NCBI RefSeq assembly: GCF_009914755.1
Contig: NC_060941.1
Origin: the human T2T-CHM13v2.0 reference genome, Homo sapiens
Direction: 5' to 3' (one strand)
DNA: 64,000 nt
The notes beneath the pieces were generated by a model. The model was not told the DNA's origin. It saw only the letters and a list, made by a program, of their open reading frames with translations, and ran no database searches. This document shows, piece after piece, positions 1-60,332 of this stretch (its first letter is position 1; each line of letters begins with the position of its first letter). The position numbers and the translations under genes were made by a program.

Positions 1-2538
<2,538 letters not shown>

Positions 2539-2574
2539 CTAGGAGGGCAAATCCATTCTGAAAACCCAGCAGCC

Positions 2575-2770
2575 ATTGTCCTTAGGGAGCTCTCAGTCTA
2601 AGGGGGAGACTCAGGCCAGGCCCTTGGGCATCCTCCAATCTGAGGGGAAAGACACAGGCCATGCCTTTTGGGAGACCCTAGACTGATGTGGGGCAAAAAT
2701 CCCTTGTTTTCAAGGAGCACACAGTCTGATGGAGGAGGCATAGCTTCTTCCCTTTGAGGAGTCTGCAGAC
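2575..2770 (+). repeat. ~43-bp degenerate tandem array, same family
   Basis: Cores at 2594, 2636, 2679, 2722. Confidence 0.7.
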
Positions 2771-3419
2771 AGGCCTAGAGACCAGAATGGAGACCCCAGA
2801 GACAGCCAAGGGCTGCTGAGTGGGTAAATCAGGGGTACGGAGGGGTTGTGGTAAGCCCTGTCCCAATGCCAGCCTGCTGTTGCCTGGGCAATGGCCCTGG
2901 TGTTTACTTTGTGGCTGGCTAGACGCACCCTTTTCTGTAAGTGCTCATTTCCCACCAAGAGGAAAGAGGCTCCTCTTTAGTTTCCCCTTCCTCTGTTGTC
3001 CCTGAGGGAGGAACTGGCCCTCCTCTGGCACTGGAGACCCTGCCAGCCTGGCACCTTTGCCATGCTCCTTGCCTGCTGGGAGAGGCCCCATCCTGGGGTC
3101 TCATGTTGCCCACCCCTTCCCTACTCCCAGAGGGCCCATAAGGTAGTGCTCTGGGCTTGCCAAAGTTCAGCCAAGGAAGTGGGAGATCCTACTGAATCCT
3201 CCCTGCTTGGGAGGAACTGGGGCACGTCAAGAGCCTGTAGGAACCTGGGGCTGGCAGTGGGAGGTGGGGGTGATGCCGGGAAGGATGAGCTTGCCTGGGT
3301 CTATGAGCGTCCACATGTGTCACCGTGTCTTTGTGTATCCATGGCTGAGTGTCTGCATGTCTGAATGTCAGTGTGACTGTGATGACTATCCAAAAAGCCG
3401 TTGAAACAGCCTGCATTTA

Positions 3420-4223
<804 letters not shown>

Positions 4224-5439
4224 TGACAAGTGCTTCCTCATCTCCCTTCCCAGGCTTCCGTGGCTCTGGCCTAGTTTGAGGGAGAGGGAGCACAGTCCAT
4301 CCTAACCCTGGGCAAGAGTGGCCCTACAGGGGAAGAGCACTGGGTCTGGGGAGACCCTGGGAACCATCCCCTACCCGTGGGCCAGACATAGTGCCAGTGC
4401 GGGGTGCCCAGGTTCCCGGTGATGGGGGTTATGTGTACATGGAGGGCGCTGGGGAGACACAGGCTTGCTTGGCCGGCTCATCAACTTGGCCTGCTGGGGC
4501 TTGTCAGGCGGGAGTCTCTACCCAAGCAATGCTGGGAACCAGGCATCTGAATGGGGCAAAAGGGTGGAAGAGGCCTGAGGGGGCCGCCGCCCTTGACTGA
4601 GGAGACTGGAGCAGGGTTCAGAGGCCCAGGCGTGGGCGGGGCGGGCATGTGTCAGTATCGCATTGCCTGCATGCCTGGGATGCACGGATCTGTGGTGGGA
4701 TTTGCCCTGTCTGTGTGCGAGGTTGTGGAGTGGTCATGGGTCTGCGTTTGGTGGTGTGCAACTGGTGTACAGGACCAGATGGAGCTTCAAACATGCTGGA
4801 TGACTCTCTTGGGGTGGGGGCATTGTTTGTCACCTGGCAGTTTGGGGCCCACATTCTGGGAAGAGTGCTGAGCAAGCTGGAGGAAGGAAAAGCAGGCAGA
4901 ATCGACCCTGAGCCCCTCTCTCACTTCCTGAACCACACGCCCTGCAACACGTCAGTTTCCTTCTTGCTCCTATCTCTGACCCTTGGGACTCAGGACGCTC
5001 TCCTCCCCTTCCCCAGTGCCTACTTGCTTCTACTCCTCCAGTCCAGACCATCCTCTCCTGTGAGGGATAGCCTGGGAGGTGTCTGGCCCCACCCTCAAAA
5101 AACTGTCACCTCCCAGAGAGAAGAGGCCCTGTGCACCTGAGAGCAGGGCTCCCTTGGTTTGTGGGGGTCTCCCTTGGTGGGGGTGAAGGCAGCCGGCTTT
5201 GGCCAGAGTCTAGAACTTGGGGATCCCTAAAGGTTTCAGGAGCTGGGACAATATTCCTGAAAGACTCTCCAAAGTATCTCAGCTCCTGGCCCACAGCAGG
5301 TACTCAAGATGTGGTTAAACAAGAGGGTAATGGAAAAGGATCTGGTAAGCGGTTAGAACCCTGGGATCTGGTCCCAGCTTAGTGAAAATGAGTCCTTGAA
5401 CTAGTCACTTGTTCTCTTTGAGCCTCAGTTTCTTTTTTA

Positions 5440-5741
5440 AATTTTATTCTTATTTATTTATTTATTTTGGGACAGGGTCTCACTCTGTCTCCCTGGCTGG
5501 AGAGCAATCTCTGCTCATTGCAACCTCTACCTCCCAGGCTCAGGTGATCCTCCCACCTAAGCCTCCTGAGTAGCTGAAACTACAGACACGTGCCACCACA
5601 CTTGGCTAATTTCTGTATTTTTTGTAGAGATGGGGTTTCGCCATGTTCCTCGGGCTGGTCTCAAACTCCTGGGCTCAAGCGATCTGCCCACCTTGGCCTC
5701 CCAGTGCTGAGATTGCAGGTGTGAGCCACCACGCCTGGCCA
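5440..5741 (-). mobile_element. Alu (J-type) inserted in a MIR
   Basis: Alu consensus; flanking AGCCTCAGTTT duplicated on both sides. Confidence 0.85.
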
Positions 5742-6869
5742 AGCCTCAGTTTCTGTAACTGAAAAACGGGTATCAAAAAAATCTCTGGTTATCTGATTCT
5801 TAGGGTGTCAAATGAGAACAAGTGAAAGTGCTTTCAAATGGTAAAAGACAATGATCTCTTGGAAGGAGGGAAGACTGGATGCCCTCCCTTTGGGGATGCA
5901 GCCTTCAAGCCCCTCCCCAGGGACCCTCAGGAAGATGAGGTTGAATGGATTTTGCAAGCTGGTCAAACTAGAGGGGGATGGAAGGGGCAGCTCAGCAGGG
6001 TAATTTCTGATGCAGGGGGAGGAAGCTGGGCAGGGCGTGGGGGGAGGACTCATGCTAGGCAGGAAGGCTTGGAATAGAATCTCAGCTACGCCTGGTATTT
6101 CCCAGCCCTGGGCCCCCTCCGCCACCACCCTCTGGGGCCCACCCCACATTCCTTTCCCAGAGGAAATGGGGGAGGGAGCGGAGAGGCTCCCCAGGCCTGG
6201 AGGATCATTTATTCAAGCTACATAACCTTTGAGGCCCCACTGTGTGCACTCTCCCCCTGAAGTCCCCACAGAGGCAGCTGGGTGTGGAGGTGGTGGGGGT
6301 GGGGAAGGAAGGTGTGGTTTGTGTTGGAGGAATCTGTTACCTCCTTGGCTGGGCCTTGCTCCCCTGCCAGGTTAGAGGGCAGGAAATGGACATTGTATAT
6401 GGTTGATCCTTTCCAAGGTCTCTGCAGTCTGAACACAGAAAACCCATGTTGCGTCTCCACCTCTCTCCTCCCTGCTGTCCCAGAACCCTCAGCGGTTTTG
6501 AATTCCGCAGAGGTGGATTCTTGATCTGGGCACACAGCAGCACCTGTTGGCCATCAGAGGCTCCATGGGGGATGAGAGGGGAGAGTCATTCCATTTCCTT
6601 AGAACCAGGGACTGGACTAGCAGCAAGAGGAATGCAAGTTAGGCACCTGAAAGGACTTACTGGCTGCTTGCTGGGAGGAGAGGCCAGACTTGGAGCTGAA
6701 GACATCTGGTTGCCCTCCGCCTGGGGCCCCAGAGTCTGACATGGCTGGGGACATCTTGATGGTGGTTCCAGCTGGTCTAGGAGGGTCTGGCCTTTGGAGA
6801 GTATGACGGAGTCACAGGGCAGGTCAGGGCAGGAGTGGTCCCAACACCGAATCCTTAGTTTTCTAGCGA

Positions 6870-7110
6870 TGGAAGTGGGGCGGGAGAGGGTGCCAATGGA
6901 GATGGCGCGTCCTGCTCTCCCCGGCTGCAGTCCTTTCCCGCTCTCCCCCTAAGCTCTCCTGACTCAGCTCGTGGCAGCCTCACTCTTCCCATCTGGCTTC
7001 CGCCAGGGTGGGGGTGGGGGGTCCAGCTCTTGCACGGAGGGGGAGCCCAGCAAACAGGAAACAGGAGAACAAAACCAGCTCCCTGGCTGACACAGGCAGC
7101 CGCCCCCACA
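6870..7110. promoter_or_regulatory. Motif cluster resembling an enhancer or promoter
   Basis: GGGGCGGG ~6877, CCAAT ~6893, AP-1 TGACTCA 6960-6966, ETS-like CAGGAA ~7055, raised CpG in non-repeat DNA. Confidence 0.4.
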
Positions 7111-8437
7111 CGCCTCACCCTCACCCTTCCTCTCTCTTCCTCCTCCCTCCCTTGATCCCGACCTCCCTCGTGGTCCGCTCTGCTCCCTTCCCCCTCCCCT
7201 CCCACCTCCGTCCCCTAGGCTCCCTTCCCGTCCCTTTGCTTCTCCACCTTCTGACACTTTGTTGTCTGCTGCCTTCCCCTCCCTCTGCCCCCAGGCCCCT
7301 CCCCATCTCTGTCCCTCCATCTCCCCCCCAACCCCCTTGCTGGATTTCCTACCTCCCCATTGGGCCACCCTCCCGCAGGTTCTTGCTGGGGACAGTGGAT
7401 GGTGGAATGGGAGGGAAGGGGAGCTGCATCTGCTTGGTGCTCCCTTCTGGTAGCTGCCTCAAAAAGGCCCAACCCTTATGACGCTTCCTCCTGGACTCCT
7501 CCTAGATTCAGGAGTGGGGTTGGGCTGGAGCTGCCCCGCTTTCCTGGCTGCTGGCTAGGATTTTGGTGTAGGATAGAAGTTGGGATGAGAGGCCCTGGGG
7601 TTGGAGTCCCGGTGCTGCCATAACAAGCTGGGTCCTCTTGGACCTCAGTTTCCTTCTCTACAAATGAGGCCATAGAAATGGCCCCGGGCCACAGTAAGTG
7701 GCTGTGGTGATATTGTTGGTGAACAGTCAAGTGGGCTAGAAATGGTGATGGTGATTACACATCCACTAGCCAAGGCCTCTGCTAGCCCCATCCGGATGGG
7801 GCCTGGGAAGAGCAAGAGCCAGGAAGGCGAGCAGGGCAGGGGCTAGCACAACATGGCGCTTCCCATCTGGCTCACATGCCAGGGGGTGGGAGAGGGGGCA
7901 GCTTTGAATGATTGTCAGCTTGTAGTGACCCTCTAGGTAGAGCTAATGGGTAGGGAGTCCTGGGAAGGAGGGTGGTTCCCACAGGGGTGTTGGGGACTCC
8001 ATCTGCGCTTAAGAGTGTGTGGCTGTCACTCTGTGCAGGGCAGTGTGTGTAGCACTCGAGGGGCTGTGGCATCCATGCCTGGAGTGCCTGAGCTGTGCAG
8101 TGTGTGCGTGGCATCTGCCATGTTGTGGGGGTCCCTGTGGGGTATGTGTGGAGTGCGTGGGTGGGTAAATGTGGGTCTGGTGTGCTTGCACATGCATCTC
8201 TCTGAGTATGTGGACCGTATACACTTGGGCGGATGTCTGAGGTGTGTGTATACGATGTGGAAGAGTGTCCTGTGTGTGTGGGGGGGATAGTGTGTCTCTG
8301 GGGTATGTCCACATAGGGTGAGTGTGTGTGGGCAGGTGGATGTGTGTGGTGCGGGTCTGTACAGAGTGGGTAGGGTGTGCAGCAGAGTGAGGGACACCTG
8401 GAGCATGTGTGGCTGTTTCTCTGGGTGGATGGGGCTG

Positions 8438-8453
8438 ATGCGCGCGCGTATGC

Positions 8454-8502
<49 letters not shown>

Positions 8503-8503
8503 C
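8438..8503. repeat. (CG)n-(TG)n-(CG)n alternating purine-pyrimidine microsatellite
   Basis: 66 bp of uninterrupted RY alternation, read directly. Confidence 0.95.
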
Positions 8504-8637
8504 TGGAAGGGTGCAAGGTGTGCGGGCCGGGGGAGAGTGCGTGTCTGGGTCCAGAGCTGCCGTCTGCGTGTGAGGGTGCGAGGGTGTGGTCGTGCGGGGG
8601 ACTGTGTAGTGCCCTGGCGTGTGGGGTGTGAGTGTGA

Positions 8638-9171
8638 GATCTGGGCGGCCGCGGACAGGGGCCGCCCCGGAGGGGGAGGCGTCAGCCCTGCGAGACTCGC
8701 GGGCGTGTCGGGGCTCGGGCGCCTTCAGCCGGGAGGCGCAGGAGGCGCGGAGCCAATCCAGCCGTCCTGCCGCCGTCCGCGCGGGCCGTCCGTCCCTTCG
8801 GGGCCCCCGGGCCCCGGGCCCGCGGCTCCGGGGGGCGGGCGGGGACCCCCGGGGCCCGCCGGCCGCCCGGGGGGTCGAGGACGCCGTCTGCCGGGCGCCT
8901 AGCAGCGGCCCCGGGCCCCCGCGCGGCGCGCGCGTCTCCGGAAGCCCGGCCTGGGGCGTACTGGGGCCGGGGCAGTGGCCGGGCCCGGGAGCCCCCGCCG
9001 GCCGCGGAGCTGGTGGGCAGCGCCGTGTGGCGCGTGGAGCGCGCGGGGGCCGGGGGCTGGCGCTGGGAGCGCGCCGTCGGCGTGGACTGCAGCGCCCCGG
9101 AACCGCGCTGCCTCTGGCTGCCCTGCCTCAGCCACAGCGACCGCCGCGCGCCCGGGCCGCGCCGGGCCAGG
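8638..9171 (+). other. ARHGAP23: Candidate alternative first exon, stop-free and in frame with exon 2, with no ATG
   Basis: Hand translation: 178 open codons ending ...WRWERAVGVDCSAPEPRCLWLPCLSHSDRRAPGPRRAR at a phase-0 donor; exon 2 acceptor is phase 0. The true exon start is unknown. Confidence 0.55.
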
Positions 9172-9182
9172 GTGAGAGCCGC

Positions 9183-9204
9183 GGGGCCGGGGCCGGGGCC
9201 GGGG
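9183..9204 (+). repeat. (GGGGCC)3GGGG hexanucleotide repeat
   Basis: Read directly; four G4 runs. Confidence 0.95.
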
Positions 9205-11947
9205 CAGGCCTTGTCGGGGTCTGAGTGGGACTGGGTCACCAACTCCCTGCGGCCTTTGAGCTGTGTGCGCCCTGCATTCCAGGACTGATGCCCCTGGAAC
9301 GGGGAGTGAGTGAGGCACTTGAGAGATGGGGCTGAGGGTGGCAGGATTTGTGGCTTGGAGCTCTGCCAGGGCTTCTGGGATGACAACCCCCAGTCTGGGT
9401 CGAGGCCTCCACGGGGCTCAGCCCTCTCGGTTTCCAGGCAGTGGAAGGATGGAAGGGACCAGAGCGTTTGAAGAGACGCTGGGGCTTCTAGGAATCCCAG
9501 AGGGTATGGGTGGGCAGGGACCCCGAGTTCCGAGGCAGGCAGAGGCACCACTGAATGGAGCAGGGCCCACGACCCACCCCACCCCTGGTAGGGGACCTGG
9601 ACACGGCACACGAGGGTTTCCTAGTGGGCAGAGGAGGCTGAGTGGCAGACGGGCCCCTGCAGGTAGTGAGTGCTCTCAGGGCTGACAGGGCTGGGCTGGG
9701 GGACTGCCGTGTTTCTGATGTCCGGGATGGACCAGGCTGGTAGGGTGTGAGTCACAGTGGGCACCATGCCCGGCCTGAACACTGTGCTCCCTGCAATGAC
9801 CTCTTTATGCTCCCGGGGGGAGGAGCAGGGCTCCTGGGTTCTAGTTTCTGGTGCTGCCAACCCACCACGTGTCCACCTCTGCCTAATTTGTGGCCTAAGG
9901 CCGTCTGCCCTGCTGTCACCATCAGCTGGTATTTTTGGACGTCTCTTTCTTTCCTGACATGAGGGTGGGAGTGTTTGGAAATAGATCCAGGCCAGGAGAA
10001 TTTAATCAGCAATGTCCCTGTGTCCCCTGAGCAACTCCCTCTCAGTCCCCTTGTCTCTGTGCCTAAGTCAGAGAGGCAGAGCTGTGTGTGTGAGCTGTGC
10101 ACCTTTCTAGTTGTTATCAATGGCTCCTTCTGTGGTTTTTGCACCTATCACTTCCCCCACCTCAAGATGAGAACAAGACTCAGTTCTGTCCCAGGTCACA
10201 GGGGAGGAGAGGAAACATGCATGTATTATAGCATGAAGGATTGAGGTTAAACAAGGAAGAACTTCCCACAGGGGAGATGCCAGCTCTGGCTTTTGATGGG
10301 TGTCCTGGTGTCTCCTCTTCAAGCAGGTGTGTGGTAGCTGTGGCTGTGTGGTAGCTGACATTCTCAAGAGCCTAGTTGGAAGAGGTGGGAGGAAGGGGAC
10401 TGGAAGGAAGGAACAGAGGAAAGGGAGAGGTAGAGATAAGGGAGGGAATGCTGGTAGTGCTTGGTGAGGAGGGGACCCGGAGAGGAAGGCATGCCTCCTG
10501 CCCTGGATTCCATGCAGGCCCTCCCAGGGAGCAGCCCCCCCAGGCAGCTGGCAGCTCCAGGCAGGATGTGTGCTGGGGGAGGGGCGGGGGGCGTGCGGGG
10601 ACCTGTCCCAGCCACTTCTCGTCACTGGGGCAGCTGGTGGCTTGAACCTTAATCCAGGACAGCAGCAAAACAATGGGCCCTGCAAACAGCCTCAGCTCTG
10701 AGCCTGGGTGGGGGACAGGCAGGGGGCAGCCCACACTGGGGAGGAGCAGGGGCTTCTGGTAGGAGAGGGCAGTTGGTGAGGGGACCCCCAGACCCTTTTC
10801 GCTCCCTGATCAGTTCCTTGCCAGGTCAGCAGAGATGGGAAATCCAGGGGATTTCAGACCTCAGCAGAATTCCCAGAGAATTTTCTCCTCTGGGCTCCCC
10901 AGGCCCCCATGGGGGTGCAGGGCACCGTGGGAGAGACTGGGCTAAAGCTACAGGTGGAAGATGCTGGACTACCCCTGATGTCAAAACCCCTGCTGAGACC
11001 TCCTGGACTGGGGGTCTTCCAGCTTTTACGTGGCCCCTGTCTGGTAGGGGGCACTCATAGCCTCATCTGGGTAGTTTTCCAGACCGTATAGGAGTAGAAC
11101 AGTCTAGAACGGTCTGTCTCCCTTGCCTGGAGCTCCACTCAGCCTCTTGTATATTCCACCTGGCTCTGTCCCCTGGGGCTGTATGAAGCAAGCCTATAGC
11201 CTATTGTCTCTGTCACATTTTTCTTTAATCTTCTGAGATGGGAGGATCTAGCCTCTTCCCCAGACCTGCTCGACAGCAGCCAGGCTCTCCCCCATGCGGA
11301 AATCCTTAGCAGAGGGCAGCTGTCTCCGTCCACTGGGTGTGTGGACAGGAGGGTGGATGGTCCATGAATGAACTTCTTGGCATCAGGACATTTGAGCTTT
11401 CTCCAGCTACGAGAAGGGGACAAAAGGGGATGTTGCTAGTGAAGCGGGAGCTCCTCACTCCAGAACTGATGAGCTTCTTCCTCCACACCCAGCCCCTCAG
11501 CCTTTCTCCTGTCAGCTGATGCTTCCTGCCTGGTGCCGAGGAGGAGTTGAGGGGAGTAAGGAGTGTTGGTGGTGAGGGCTTTTTGCCCTCTGAGGGGCTT
11601 GGACTAGGGGCAACATAGAGGTTAGGCCACATGATGTTATGGATTTAAGAGTCCTCTAGGGGGCCTCTTGGCTTTTCAAAGCCAGGCAGCTTCTCCGTGG
11701 CTCCCATCTTCCCCAGTTGGGCTCCGTGAGCACCATCTATCTGACACCCTCCTGTCACCCACCTTCCCTCTCTGTGTCCCAAAGGGAGCCCTGTCTCAGG
11801 CACTGTTTTTCTTCTTGCCCCAGAAACAGACCTGTGTGCCCCCTCCAAACTCTTGTCTTCAGATACCCTCTGCCACATCATCTTGGAGAATCCTGAGAAT
11901 TTTGGGAGGTCTGACAGGAGGCTTTAGTGTCTCTGAAACCTCCAGCC

Positions 11948-12295
<348 letters not shown>

Positions 12296-12434
12296 ACCCC
12301 AAGCCTTTCTGGTGAACCAGCCAGGCCTCTGGGCTGGGCTCTGGAGCCTCAGGAAGTCCCTTCAGGTGTCTGATGTCCAGTCCGCTCCCTCTTGGTTCTT
12401 GGTTCCCCCTGTGTTCCTGCTGCTGTTCTTGAAG

Positions 12435-12755
12435 GATGCGTGTGTGCCGGTCTGCTGTGCATGTGTGTATCTGCATGTCTGTGATGCATGCGCATGCGTC
12501 TGTATGTGCATTGTGTGTGCAGGACTTTGATTCTGTGCAACTCTGTGCATATCTATGTGTCTACAAAAGTGTGCACATGTGTACTCATTTGTGTGTGTGT
12601 ATCTGTGTGTCTGCATATTTGCACATGCTTGTCTGTATGTTTGTGGTATGTTCCGTCTACATGAGTGTATGTGGCTGGGGCTGTGTCTGCATAAGTATGT
12701 GTCTATCTGGGAGTGCATATATGTGTGCATGTGTGTGTGTGAGATTGTGCATGAG
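12435..12755. repeat. TG/ATGTGT-rich low-complexity tract
   Basis: Degenerate (TG)n/(TGCA)n. Confidence 0.8.
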
Positions 12756-13132
12756 CTAAGACAACGACAGGCACTTCCTGGGCAGGAAGGCTGTATCCAG
12801 GGTCCTGCACATAGTAGGTGCTCAGTGAACATTTGCTGAACTCAGCTGAACTGAACTGAATGAACTTGCTTCAGTGAGTTATTTTCCCAAGGGCAAAGAC
12901 ATTATGAGGGGACTGAGGGGAAAGGAAAGAAGGAAAAAGCTATTGGGCTGATGAAGGTGGGAGAGTAAGGAAGGGGTGAGGAGGAGGTCATGGGCAGGGA
13001 GGATGCCTGGCAACCCTAGGGCGAAAGACCCCTTCTGGTGCCCCTCCGGTCCTGTGGGCTGCAGGAGGTGGTGCAAACAGCCAGAAGTGTCAGCCACACG
13101 GGCGCTCAGCCTGGCCTCTCTGTCTCCCACAG

Positions 13133-55654
<42,522 letters not shown>

Positions 55655-56099
55655 GTACGTATGAAGGCAATTCTGAAGGCTTGATCCCTGTACAAGGCAG
55701 CCCACTTTGGTTTTTGTTCAAGGGAATTGAGGGAATGGCAGTTGGACCATGGGGAAAGTTGATGGTCCCTGGGAGGGAAGGCAGGAGGTACCGAGTGCCC
55801 AAGGTAAGCTGAGAAATTGCTTACCTTGGCAGTGTTTGGTGAGGCATCTGCTGTAGTAGAAGGACCTGGCCTGGGAGTTATGTGGCTAGGAGGCAATGTC
55901 ACTCAGTAGTTAGAAGCACAGACTCTGCAGTCAGACAGTCCTGGGTTTGAGTTCTGGCTCCACCATTTAGTAGTTTGGGACATTGGGCAAGTTACTTAAC
56001 CACTTTCTGATCCTTAGCTTCCTCATCTATAAAATGGGAATATCAGTAAATCTGTGGGGTGCTATAATAAATAAAACAGATATCCTTTAAGGTCTTTGG

Positions 56100-57420
<1,321 letters not shown>

Positions 57421-57730
57421 CTTTTGAAAAAGATAGGGCTAATTCATTTGATAATACCACAAATACTTGTTGAACGTCTACTTTATATCAGTACTGTGCT
57501 GGGTACTGAAAATATAAATAATGAGCCAAACAGATAGGTTCCTGCCCTCACAAAGCTTATCTTCTAATGAGAGACAGACACTAAGCTTATGAAGAAATAG
57601 ACTATCTGTCTGGCAGGTTTGGAGGCACAGTGGAGGCAGAAACCAGATGGAATGAGCTAATAAAGTGAGGGAGGGAAAAGCGCATACGTAGACCACTCTT
57701 GTGAGAAGTCCGATTGTGAAGAGATATTTA

Positions 57731-58105
<375 letters not shown>

Positions 58106-60002
58106 GAAAGCACATATTTACTTGCCAATGGGAATGATCCAGGTGAGAGACAGAGAGAGAGAGGAAGAGCTGGGCCCAGAGCCCGTGAAGCAGCAGTAGC
58201 CTGTGCTCCTAGCAGATGCATCCCCAGGTGTAGTAGGAAGAGAGGGAGGTGGCAGGGGCACACTGGCAGGCAGTGTTGGCAGCAGGTCATTGGGGTCACT
58301 CCCAGCTGATGGCTCTTTCCTCAGCGAAGTGGAAGGTGAGGACCTCTGCTGGGCGTGAAGGTGGCAGGGAAAGTCTGAGCAGAGTGAAGGAAGTCTGAAA
58401 TGGGTCCCATGAAGCAAGGCAGATTTCCTGAAGGGGCCGAGAAGCATCATGGGCAGGCCGAGGCCTCTGAAGGCTGCGGCCCCTTCTCGAGAGCCAGCAC
58501 TTTGCCCAGCAGCCGTGCCCCGCCCCTTTGGGCCTGGCTTCTCCACACTCCCCGGAGAGCCCCTTCTGAGTCCCTTCTGGCCAGAAGATGTCCTCATTTG
58601 CTTCCTGTGACCCCACCGTGTCTCCAGTGGACTCAACACTGACCTCCCCAGAGCTCACAGGCCACTGCCTCCCTGAAGCCTCCTGGCTTGAAATTCCTTC
58701 CTCCTGAGACGCTAGCAGTTACCGCTTCCCAGTCTGGGCCTGCCTGACTCCTGCATTAACCTGGGAACTCCTGCAGGAGGCCTTCTCAATCACAGGGCCT
58801 TGAACAATAGAACGTGCTTTTCAGAGAGTACGTCTTTACTGTAAACTGACTCAGAGACTTCACTGTGACCCAGTGAGTTCATCACAATCACTAGCATGAG
58901 ATGAAAGAGGAGGGAATGCACATTTACTGAGCACCTACTAGGTGCCAGCCAGTATGCAGATAACTTTTCACGAACATCGGTTTCATTTCATTTTTACGGA
59001 AGACCCTTGAATTTTGTACCATCCCCATTTTACAGATGTGGGGAACCAAGGCTCAGAGAACTTAAGTAACTAGAAGTTTGGGCATATTCTTGGGCCTCAG
59101 GCAGGGGAGCTGGTTAGGTGGCCTCCTTCCTTGGTTGGTGCTCTGGTATCTGAGTTCTGATCCTCTGTTCTCAGGCTCTGAGTGTTTCTTGATTTTCTGG
59201 CACAGGGACTGGCTCTGTCCTGAGCCTGAGCTGAAACCAACCGGCCAAGCCTCTAAGAAACGGAGGCACAGACGAGGCTGCCGGTCTATTAAGTACAGCG
59301 ATAGGAATAACTGTTGCAGGGACAGGGACGTTGAGTTGTGTGTGCCGCAGTGGTCTCAGTCTCATCTACTGGGGAGACCAGGAATCGGAGTCAGGGAAGC
59401 AGGAGGCACCAGGCATCTGAGAGCCTGCGGCCTCCTGTCCCGGCTGTAAGGAAGGGGCTGCCTCGGGTACCAGGGCCTGGCCTCCCGCCAGGCTGTGAGC
59501 TCTGAGGGTGGGCACAAATCCTGCAAGTGCCGGACATTCACGACTGCCAGCCTCTGTCTCTCTTGCCTGACTCTAAAACCCAGGTCTGTGATGGTCAAAC
59601 TGTGTTCCCTGGAGCCACCATGGGGTTGTGACCACCAACAGGTGTATGACAGGACCAAGCGTGCAGGGATCCAAGCTCCCACGGCCTCCATCTGAGCCAC
59701 TCTTGGTTCTGTCTCACATTGCTGGGTCTCTAGGGAGGATTCGATTTGGACAGAGTGCTCCCAAGCTCATCAGAAACCATTGTTCTAGATGTGACAGTCC
59801 TGTCTGTAGACGTTCTCCAGGCTGTGTCCAGGACACCCAGGCGGCGTCGGTGCCCCAAGTTACAGCCACATTCTGATCTTGCCTCCCTGTGTGGATGGTT
59901 TAGGCTGTCCCGGGTAGGAGTGTGGCCAGGCACACATGGCAGTCTCTCAGCTCCGTGGTGGGTGGAGTGGAGCTGTTCATTACTCAGAAGCCTCCCTTAT
60001 CA

Positions 60003-60003
<1 letters not shown>

Positions 60004-60054
<51 letters not shown>

Positions 60055-60332
60055 AGACAGGTCTTGCTCTGTCACCCAGGCTGGAGTGCAGTGGCCTGAA
60101 CACAGCTCACTGCAGCCTCTAACTGCTGTGCTCAAGTGATCCTCCTGCTTCAACCTCCTGAGTTAGCTGGACTACAGGCACACACCACCACTCCTGCCTA
60201 ATGTTTTTGTATTATTTTGTAGAAATGGGGTCTTGCTTCTTTGCGTAGGCTGTTCTTGAATTCCTGGCTTCAATGGATCCTGCTGCCTCGGCCTCCCAAA
60301 GTGCTGAGATTACAGGCATGAGCCACGGCACC
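60004..60332 (-). mobile_element. AluJ with ~50-nt pure poly-T tail
   Basis: Poly-T 60004-60053; TSD-like CCTTATCATCTT on both sides. Confidence 0.88.

Larger units (their letters stand above)
8500..9270 (+). promoter_or_regulatory. CpG island / alternative promoter in intron 1
   Basis: Very high GC and CpG density; CCAAT at 8753-8757; GC boxes at ~8831-8844; followed by donor AGG|gtgaga at 9171/9172. Confidence 0.85.

Noticed and set aside
7872-8516. His/Thr- or Cys/Val-rich ORFs (also near 12.4 kb and 19 kb)
   Set aside because: Artefacts of TG/CA-rich low-complexity DNA.
8682-9611. 309-aa antisense ORF and other long ORFs over the CpG island
   Set aside because: Expected stop depletion in very GC-rich DNA; no domain or splice support.
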